DNA of 63,122 nt, filler included, from Bigelowiella natans CCMP2755 (taxonomy: Eukaryota; Protista; Cercozoa), in the NCBI GenBank assembly GCA_000320545.1. It is 6 parts of 6 records of this genome, joined end to end, with 100 filler letters (N's around TTAATTAATTAA, not from the genome) between each part and the next. Parts side by side here need not be neighbours in the genome. Positions count along the whole stretch, not along the records: positions 50,132 to 60,494 come from ADNK01002153.1; positions 60,595 to 63,122 come from ADNK01000033.1; 4 more parts are not named here. One strand, given 5' to 3'. The notes beneath the pieces are model-generated. The model worked only from the letters and a program-made list of their open reading frames with translations, searched no databases and was not told where the DNA came from. Positions 51,535-63,122 of the stretch are shown in pieces. A program made the position numbers and the translations under genes. Numbering within the stretch: position 1 is the stretch's first letter; the number at the start of each line of letters is the position of its first letter.

Positions 51535-52338
51535 TTGTATATGCATGCGTGTGATGGCAATGATAGCATGGCAAGGTGCAACAGCAGCAGCAGCAGCATC
51601 AGCAGCATTACATCGATTCTTCCTGGCCACTCGGAGATGCAGACTTTGCCGTATGCGTCCCTTCCGCCGCGCCCAACTAGATCGTAAAGGACAATCAGTG
51701 TGCAGCAGCACGCCGTTGTTGCGCGGAATATATGATATGCCGCGAAAATACTATCACCTGCGGTGACATGGGAAGACTTGTTGGAATTCTTCGTGGCCTT
51801 GAATTCCGGTGCTCAAGACCGTCATACCCTCCGCTCAGCAGTGTTCCCGTCTCAACGCGAGAGTCGACGGTGCCTCCCCCCCCAGATGCTTCAGCGGGGG
51901 GCGCAAACCTTCCCCTGTGGTGTAAGGGATTACGGTCAGTCGAGGTCTGTGGAGATGCGGACGCACTCCTTTTATTTCTCACTGTAAAGTAATCTTAGCC
52001 TCGGAGCTGTTTGTTCTAAACAAGGCAAACTGACGCTAGCTTGCGGGAAAGGATAGGGCGTGGACCGTTTTCGGCTGCTGTTCATCTTCGCGAGGCCCAG
52101 CGTCTGCCTTCCCCATTGGATGGGGGCCGTCTGCTGTGTCCCATTAGACCGCTCATCGTCACGACGTACAGCGCCCATACCTTCGAGCACACACAATACT
52201 AGCCCTCACATACGCTGCAGCAGCAGCATCACCGGTAATAGGGGTTGTTATCGAATCGATGCTTCAGGAACTAAGGAAAACGTTCAAAAGTGTCAGAAGG
52301 CTTACAATAATTGCCAGGCGTAGCCGGCTGGGCGCCAT
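50760..52338 (-). CDS. Uncharacterised multi-exon gene with a possible signal peptide
   Basis: ATG near 52338 (MAPSRLRLAII|gtaag), then exon-like reading frames at 51695-51982, ~51620-51690, ~51370-51430 and 51030-51260 (acidic, Gly-rich). Confidence 0.35.
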
Positions 52339-52989
52339 GCACAGCTCGGCCCTCGTGCAGGTCTGGATTGATGGGTGGCTGATTTTAGTAAAGAAAATAC
52401 CCATTCAATATCGTATAAATTCAATGTTCATTGGAGCATATCGGGTCCGATCTGGAGAAATATCAGGCCACTGGCATGGGATAATATCTACTCTATTTTC
52501 GTTATTTATAGCTTAAAAAAGATGACTATATTTACAACTGACGTTGGTGTCTGGTTACTAACAAACAGCTATGTTTCAATCTAACAAGCTGAAAACAACC
52601 TATTTTTTTTGCCAGGTCGGCTCACTAAAAGGTGTCCTTTTGTTGTCGCTTTAAATAAATGGCATTCATTTTCCAGGAGAAAATGTTTGCATCCCTTCTC
52701 CTTGTGGAGGTACCCCTTTTTTCCCCCCTCCCCTCTTGCTCTCTTCTGTGCAGTCGATCTGCGGTAGGGTCGCGGCTGAGAAAGGCTGCGATACGCCACG
52801 TATGCGAATAGTGTGCGACGGTTTGCCTGGTTCAGCGCGTGAATGTGCGTCCCGTTGAGCTCAAATTTTATGTTTTCGGGTGGTGTTTCTTTTTCGAATG
52901 GCAACCTTGTGCTAGAGACCAAGATAGCTGGTATCATAGAGCTTATTTATACGATTACTCGAAGCGCTATATCGTAGCAGGAAATAAGG

Positions 52990-55649
<2,660 letters not shown>

Positions 55650-57067
55650 GCTTGGACGCCATTTTGCCTCTTGTTCAATGAAATGTTGTTGACTGAGGAA
55701 GAAATATTATTTACTTAAGAGAGGAAACAATCGAAATATGATGCTGATACAATATGAAAGAGAACGTATCTGTGCGTGCGTGTGTGCGTGTGTGCGTGTG
55801 TGTGTGTGTGTGAACATATGCATTTGAGTCTCTCTTTCCACATTGATCAACCCTCCGTTGCTCACAATCATATTGAACCATTCTAGGTCTCTGGTGAGGA
55901 GAATCTGCAAGCCAGGCGTGATGGAAGATCCGCCCGCTTAGCCGTCGGAAACGAATGAGCCGTAGGCTTTAGCTCTAGATCTAACTTAGTAGCACACAGA
56001 TATTGAACCATAGGTTGTAGTAGTCATCGGTTATGCGCGGCAATGGGTACATCTTATAGTGCTGGCGCGAGCTTTGGCTTTGTGGTAAATATGTATGATG
56101 CACACGCAGCGTCGTCGATCTTTCTGGTAGGACTCTGAAGGCTGTCTGCATGAAACCTGCACGTATTTCATAAAGCTAGTAACAGAACTATATGACGTGA
56201 TGATAAACGGGATAACTTCGTTCAAACTGGCATAAGTTATTCGCTGCTAATGTATGACGCACGCACATTATTGTACGTGTATGTGCCCACAAGCATGTAG
56301 TGTGACACTGTTCTAGCTGACAGCAGCACGTCTCAATGATACACGATATACCTAGATACGCTTGAATGCTGCGCAGCTGCGCATTGCAAGTGTGCTGCCC
56401 GTGACATTACAGCATCATCAAAGACACGGACAACGCACATGCGCGCACTCGGAGAAACCTCCACAAATGCTATGCTGTGGCTAGTATAACGCTAACTAGC
56501 TAAGCTATTTCTACAACTACGTACACACATTTAGGATGTGCACGTTTTTTGTAAGGGGCTGCCATAAATGGCGCAAGATGCACATATGTATGTAGGCAAT
56601 GCGACGCGTGTACACATGCTGTCAATATGTGCACACGTTACATTCATTCGCTGTGTAGAACAGCAATGGAAGCGCGAGGACCCAAGCGTTGCACAGTAGC
56701 TAACAAGTAATGTCAAGTAGGCTCTATTTCAAATTTACCCACGCCGTTCATACGAGTTCTGCTTCTCAATCTTACACAGTGTATATGTCATACAGGATTT
56801 CTATAGTCTTCTTATAATAAGAGTCCTTAAAGGTCACAACTTATAATTGTTTGTTAAGATGTAAAGACGCGTGAGTCACGTGCATTTTTCCTGGCGAAAT
56901 ACATCTAACCCTAAGATGGGATGATGCACGCACACGCTTCGTTGATTAGGATATCTTCACCACTCTGTTGATGCCGAAGATGGCGTGATGAGAAGGGAGC
57001 GACAAATAAAACTACATTTCATTCTGAAAGCTGAATGCTCGCACAAACTCCTCCATCATCATCCCTA

Positions 57068-58906
57068 CTACAATACCTGCGATTTTGAAGTACCGACATT
57101 GACGTTTGAAGTTTGGGGACTTCGACTCGATATCACATTAACCACATGCTTCGTTTGAGACCTTCGCTTTATGAAGAAATATATTGCCACGCAAATTATA
57201 ATCAAAGCAATCAGGGCCCCGATCACTGCTCCTGCTATAACACCATCGTCAGGGCCTTCATCGTCGGTTGACGAGGCGGGAGCTGGCGTTGGATACGGGG
57301 TGGGGCTGCTTGTAATAACGTTGGCATACGAAGAGACAATCGGTCCGAAGGAAGACACGAATCCCTGCCCCTGGAGGGCGGCCGTGGCGTTGTTTGAGAA
57401 CTGTGTATAGAAGTTCATACCATTGGATCTCTGCGGAAACGTCACGGTCGCTGACACCGTTACGCTGGAGCAGGAACTAGCCACTGACGATACCGCACTG
57501 CTTGCCACACCCGCTGATGCCGCCAGGGCGCTCACGAAGCTCGTTCGAACTGTACTCTCTTGGGAACACGGCTGATTGACAGTCACGGAGAAGCCAATCG
57601 CAACCGACTCGAATGTTTCAATGGAGTAATTGCCATTGTAGCAGTCCACAGAGACGTTCGCGAACTCAAATTGGCGGAAGAATACATAGTCGTTATTTGA
57701 GACTTGAACCTCGCCCACAGGGCGGCCGACCCGCATGTTATACTGAGGATAGTAGCTCCAGCTTACATCAGCCCAGCCGCCAAACTGGTATGTATCGTCT
57801 GGATGATTCATGTTTGAGAAGGAGAAGTAACTCCCGTTACCCATGCCGATGAGGAAGGCCGCCATTGTGAAGTTTAGGAAATGGTCCTCGGTTGGGAAAT
57901 CGCGCGTCGCCTCTCCATTATTTTCCACAAGATAACAAGCCTCCGCACAGCCTCCTGTGCTGCTCTGAGCTCCCTTTGGATGATATGCGACGTGCACAAA
58001 CACCGGTATATTGTGGCTGGTTTCGTTGATGAAGTTCTTCAACTGCGCGGAGCAGTAGTCACCGAGCTGATACATGAAGAACTCATAATTCCTAGCCCAG
58101 GGAACATCCTTGAGAGCATGATAGATCCTCTCCTCGGTATTTCCGCACCCGTTGTCGAAGTTTAGTACAGGACCGTGCCTCTGGGGGAATTGGTTGTTTG
58201 TGGAGAGGATGGCATATTTGTTCGCGTTTGCGAGGATCTCGAACCCCTGACGATACGACAAAAGCTGATCGTCCATGAAGCTTATGCGCTCCGCTTGAGA
58301 GAATGTGGTGAGATGAGCATTGTGGTCGCATCCGATGCTTTGACCGTTGTCTATAAATACGCCGTCGACGTGTTCTTCTGTCGCCACTTCTGCCAGCATT
58401 GTGTTTGCGTACCAGTTTTGAACTGAGGCCTGGCGAAAGTCATACTTGCAAAGAGTTCCGTGACCCTTGGCAAATCCCATGTCCCCAGAACATTCACCGT
58501 CAATGTCCGGCGACAGAAAGTTGGACTGGGTGTTCAGATAACTCGCCTGGAGTTCATAAAAGTAACCCGCCCACAAACCGCTGCGGTACACCAGACATGG
58601 TTTCGGATTCGAGGTTGAGTTTTTCAGCATTTTGCACTGTAAATTCGACATGTGCTGGCCCTTTAGTCGCGCCCACTCTGCATTTGGAATATGTTGGCCT
58701 TGGCGGAACTCGATGATCGCCAGCTCGAATTGCTGAATCTTTGCAACTTGCTCTGGACTAAAATATCCCGTCGGCTCTGCTGCAAAATACAGAGAGGGGA
58801 ACTTCTCATATCCGTTCCAGGTCCAGGGCTGCCAGGTTCCCGACTTCGCTCCGTTGATGGGGGTAGCAAGCAACAGCAGGCATGTTCGAAACAGCCCCAT
58901 CACCAT
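57068..58906 (-). CDS. Intronless type I membrane protein with a putative glycoside hydrolase (GHL15-like TIM barrel) ectodomain
   Basis: 612-aa ORF: signal peptide; YDFRQ..V..WY..DGVFIDN; AAFLIGMGNGSYF; GRPVGE..VFFRQFEFANVSVDC; Ser-rich SEA-like region; PT linker; TM (VIAGAVIGALIALIIICVAIYFFI) followed by KRR. Confidence 0.72.
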   Translation of the reverse strand: MVMGLFRTCLLLLATPINGAKSGTWQPWTWNGYEKFPSLYFAAEPTGYFSPEQVAKIQQFELAIIEFRQGQHIPNAEWARLKGQHMSNLQCKMLKNSTSNPKPCLVYRSGLWAGYFYELQASYLNTQSNFLSPDIDGECSGDMGFAKGHGTLCKYDFRQASVQNWYANTMLAEVATEEHVDGVFIDNGQSIGCDHNAHLTTFSQAERISFMDDQLLSYRQGFEILANANKYAILSTNNQFPQRHGPVLNFDNGCGNTEERIYHALKDVPWARNYEFFMYQLGDYCSAQLKNFINETSHNIPVFVHVAYHPKGAQSSTGGCAEACYLVENNGEATRDFPTEDHFLNFTMAAFLIGMGNGSYFSFSNMNHPDDTYQFGGWADVSWSYYPQYNMRVGRPVGEVQVSNNDYVFFRQFEFANVSVDCYNGNYSIETFESVAIGFSVTVNQPCSQESTVRTSFVSALAASAGVASSAVSSVASSCSSVTVSATVTFPQRSNGMNFYTQFSNNATAALQGQGFVSSFGPIVSSYANVITSSPTPYPTPAPASSTDDEGPDDGVIAGAVIGALIALIIICVAIYFFIKRRSQTKHVVNVISSRSPQTSNVNVGTSKSQVL

Positions 58907-59445
58907 GATAGAAGCCCCTGTAACGTAGAACCCTTTTGAAGCTTCTCAGGCTTGCTCTAATTATCACCGGTTTGGTGAAATTTTAGTTGTCGTTTGATGT
59001 AAAACGGATTTCACTTTGTTCAAAAACTAAGAATATCTACGGAGTGAGAGGCGAGACGAAATTAGAGGCATCGATCATCGAGGCACGCAAGCTACAACAA
59101 GCTGGAACATTAAAAGTTATATATTTTGTACCTGCGACATGCATTTATTATTGTCGCGTATATTATTACGACACCCTTGAATGTCACGTCCTTCTCGTAT
59201 GTCGAAAACGCTGCCCGATTTCATTCCTGTCAGAGCGTTTATACCAATGCGCTAGCCGATTTTCGTGATTGCGATGGTGAAATCATACTGCGACATTGAA
59301 TTTTGTGCTTGATAGAACATAATTCAAAGGCGTTCAGTGGCCGTTTCCAATCGGCTAATCTGGAGTCCCGCGTCAAAGAATGGCTGATTTGCCGGTCAAG
59401 CGCTCCTTCACCTCTTCGAATAACTGTGAGTGATTGGTGTGCGAT

Positions 59446-60198
59446 ATGCAGGATAAGTACGAGGAGGAGCAATGGGATCCGGAAGAGGCGTCGCTGGTAG
59501 CGAGTTTGTAATCTAAAATGGATAGAAGCAACATCTCGGGCAGAGCCTCTCAAATCGTTCCACCACCCTATCTATAACACAACAAACAACACAGGTGTGG
59601 CGGATGGATCCCAGGACCGGCAACCATGCACCCACTCTTGAATTCCCATTCCAAACGCGTATGCAAGGGGAGATCGAGGTACGTTTCGCAGAAGGCCTTG
59701 AATTGCGCGTGTTTGTGTGCATTGTTATGTAGTTATGCATTATTATATGGGACGACGTGTTCTCCTGTACCTTCAGGTGACTGTCCGTGCTGCCAAAGAC
59801 ATCAAATTTGCTAGAATAGGAGGAGGTTGGTATAACCACGAAATAAAGAAGCCGCCGACACCCTCACAGCACAACCCTTATTATAACCCCACCACGACTA
59901 CCACATACATCTCTACTATCTTCCTCACCAGGACAAAGAGTGTTGGTGGAGCTCAAACTCGGGAACATCAAACGCAAGACGAACGCGTCCAAGTATTCTG
60001 AACAAGATAATCAAGGTAGGTCTTTATGCGGCAACACATGAGATTTCGCCTACATGCATAAAGTTGTTATTTTTATGTGTGCGTGCGTGCGTGTGTGTGT
60101 TCGTGCATGGTGTATGCATGTTCTCTTTTTACACACACACGCGTACAACAAGAAATATCTCCCCCCAAAAAAAGAGCAAAAGAACAATGCACACACAC

Positions 60199-60244
<46 letters not shown>

Positions 60245-60780
60245 ATATATAAAATGTGGAAATCCCCCCTATTATGTGAATCTTCCCAGTGATCTGGGAC
60301 CAGGAGCTCGAGCCACTCAAAATTACGTCGGAGACGGTAGTAATTCCGTATTAACCAGCCATGTTATGTTAGTTCTCGAGCTCTAGGCTAGGTCACAATT
60401 CAAACGTGAAGAGAAAGGGGGGGGGGAGGGATAGGGGTAAAAACTGCCCCTGATGATCCGGTGGTGCTTGGTCCTTTGTTTCTGCTGGTTCTCCNNNNNN
60501 NNNNNNNNNNNNNNNNNNNNNNNNNNNNNNNNNNNNNNTTAATTAATTAANNNNNNNNNNNNNNNNNNNNNNNNNNNNNNNNNNNNNNNNNNNNCGCATA
60601 CAGTTCATCTTCAACGAGCCTCCTCAGTACCGATTCAGCGATCCAGAAAAGCTTAAGGTTGGCCCTCCAGAGGACTGGGACATGGAAGCTTACTGGCGTG
60701 GAAAGGAATAGGTTTTCTATCAGAACAGCTGTGTGGCCTGAACTCGTCCACACACTCAACTTTCAATCAGAAATATTATG
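59446..60780 (+). CDS. Probable C2-domain-containing multi-exon gene, interrupted by a gap
   Basis: Exons splice to VTVRAAKDIKFARIGG / GQRVLVELKLGNIKRKTNASK ... VIWDQELEPLKI, matching the C2 pattern (VtV.aA.dl, V.l.lG..k.kT, W.q). The link to the post-gap exon (60604-60780) is unproven. Confidence 0.42.
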
Positions 60781-62169
60781 AGTGTGCAAAGAGATTATCA
60801 TTCGCTTGTGTGGACGACAGCGAATATTCTAGTCGATAGGTTCCTCTTCTGCAAAGTCACATCGTTAAATTTATACCGAAAACATATTCTACTATATTCG
60901 TAGCGGAGAGGATAAAAATTGCTAAGTTTATGAACATAGAATCTATGCTCAGCACTAATCTGCCTCTGTGTAATATGAATCATTTGCAAACTAGCATGCT
61001 GATCGCTTGACGGCGCTGTAGCTCTGGAGCTTTCTAATAAGATATAGAGCTTCTGTGTGTACAGCGGCGCATACTAGCATTCTGGCATTAGTATAGAGAC
61101 ACGAACATGATGGTAGCAACAGAGCTAGAGAGAGCACGCTGTCCGGTCCGGCTGTGCTATAGCCGCGTGCATTTCTTCTGCTGTACGTTACACTAGTACA
61201 CATAACGGGGATCTACATAGACGTACGTGCTAGCTAGCTAGCGTGCTAGCGTGGCCCGACTAGCATGTAGCTAACTAGCGCTAGCTAGCTAGCTAGCCTT
61301 CGATCAACAAATGATCGATCCGAGTTAGAGACACGCATCATTGAAAATCATGCATGCAAGCACGTCGTAGTTATTGTCACTCGCGAGCGAAGCAAATTGT
61401 ATAATAACAATTGTTGCATGTGGCAGCACTGCTACACTGCTATGTGGACTACGCTAGCTTCAGACTAGCAGATGTGCTACCTGCTAGCTAGCTAGCTAGC
61501 TCACACTGCACCTGCTAGCCTGAGCCTGTCGATCTAGCTTATTGTTGCATCACAGCACACTAGCACATCTAAATCTAGCTCTACACATCTGGCGGCCAGC
61601 TGCAGAGCAAGCGTGTTCATTTGCTAGTCGTGATGACATTTGCGAAGCTAACATGACTGATGAGCACATTGCTAGATTGTACAAAACTACAAAAACTAGA
61701 AAATTTCAATTGAAACAATGCAATCACATAATTTCATCATACATCTGTAGCCACTGCTTGCACAGCTACATAAAAATGACCACATTGAACAAATTTAATT
61801 GATTCATTACATCCATCTCACATCAATCTCACACTGTCTCACACTAGCTAGCTAGCACAAAGTGCTCCGCCAGAACTGGCCATGTCTAGCAGATATGCAC
61901 GCGTTGCGTGCTAGCCCACGCAACTAGCTAGTTGGCATGTGCATGATTTAGCCAGCATGTGCATGATTTTGCGTGTGCGCTGCCAGCTAGCTAGCTAGGC
62001 TGCCCTACTAGCCTACCATGATCTCACAAGCTAGCACGAACAAGCAACATCTAATTAGCTAGGCACTAGCCATGTTCGCATTACTATTAGCTACATATAT
62101 GCATGAAAGACGTAGCTACGGCACACATGCTAGCATGATTCGAGCTGTAGCCGTCTCCGCCGCCTGCTG

Positions 62170-62890
62170 CTATGATGGAAGCCGTTTTTGCAGTACTGTC
62201 CACCATTTTCCATTTCCCTTAACAGTCGCCAGCCTTCCCAGGGACGATAACGTTACCGTGTGTTTCCTTAGTTGCCGCTGGAACTCTTCTAATGAACATT
62301 TGGCTGCTGCTGGCTTGAATGCAAATACGTGCAGCAAGAAATAAACAACAGCGACTCTGAGTTTCCTGACAGCCTCGCTTGAAGCTGTCTGGCTGTACAC
62401 TTGCAAAGCTTCGTACTGCGTCCGAGACTTGTTTAGAGAAGATCCGAAAGAACGTCGAATAGAAGATGCAAACGTAGCTGTACTTGAATGCGGAGCGTGA
62501 CATTCCATAAAATAACTGAGACACATAAGCATGAGGTTGTGAGTGTTAATTATGAATTGGATGGGAATCGTGAGCCTATATGCATACACGTAATGTAGGT
62601 GACCTGCCTTCCCTGCAGAGCAACTTAGAGGAAGCAAGTATTCTATTTTCTGAAGGCAGCTGCTGATGCAACTCATCACAAACTCCCGAATTTGAGGGAT
62701 TTTTTGACAAACATGACAGCGCTGCTAGTTCTCTCAGACTCAGCATTATCAGCGTCTCGAGAAATCGCGACCATTCTTTGGTACTTTCAACAAGTGGCGA
62801 TGCTGACAACGGCGACTGGTCTGCTTGCACGGTTTGCTTCTGATCGCCACTCTGAGTTTCAAACAAACGGGGGTGGAAGATCGTCATTTA
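62170..62890 (-). CDS. 3' exons of an uncharacterised gene extending beyond the window
   Basis: Non-repetitive minus-strand reading frames (KEWSRFLETLIMLSLRELAALSCL; CSLEEFQRQLRKHTVTLSSLGRL..) ending near 62170. Confidence 0.35.
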
Positions 62891-63122
62891 ATTGTGATAT
62901 TTAACACTGTAACAGCGTGAAAAATCATTCTGGTGTGCAGATCTCCTATCCTTGTCTCTGTTTCCTAGCCGACCCCCTCTCCCCCCCCCTCCCTCCCCCC
63001 AGCTCTTACACCCTCGTAGGAAGAAACGCCGAAATAATATACTTGTTAGCGTACATCGTCATCCACCCTAACTCCACTACAGATATGTAAGACTAGGACA
63101 TGATATATATATTCCCACTTGC

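Noticed and set aside
56905-56915. Telomere-like CTAACCCTAA
   Set aside because: Fewer than two full units and isolated; expected by chance.

Overview
Gene-dense eukaryotic nuclear DNA with spliceosomal GT-AG introns, many of them filled with microsatellites. It is a draft scaffold with five 100-bp artificial gap spacers. At least one gene has a signal-peptide + Arg/Ser-rich transit-peptide leader, suggesting an alga with a secondary plastid, possibly a chlorarachniophyte (inference). Genes recognised by manual translation and splicing: MGME1-like exonuclease, Ser/Pro/Thr-rich membrane protein, C2H2 zinc-finger protein, ACL4-like TPR protein, multi-pass membrane tyrosine-kinase-like protein, TcdA/CsdL, a two-methyltransferase PCIF1/CAPAM-like protein, a PAM2+RGG+DEDDh RNA exonuclease, DUF1823, an intronless GHL15-like glycoside hydrolase, and several unknowns. 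Two copies of a Ty3/gypsy LTR retrotransposon are identical by eye over ~1 kb. The three most notable signals: (1) the gypsy integrase ends in a degenerate Dam/DIRS-type adenine-methyltransferase-like domain where chromoviruses carry a chromodomain, and its core is DD(27)E; (2) the PCIF1-like protein has a second SAM-methyltransferase plus a zinc finger instead of a WW domain; (3) CTAG/CATG/TGCA/AGCT-rich tracts occur between convergent gene ends but not between divergent ones. All homology calls come from motif recognition by eye with no database searches, and the ends of multi-exon genes are approximate.
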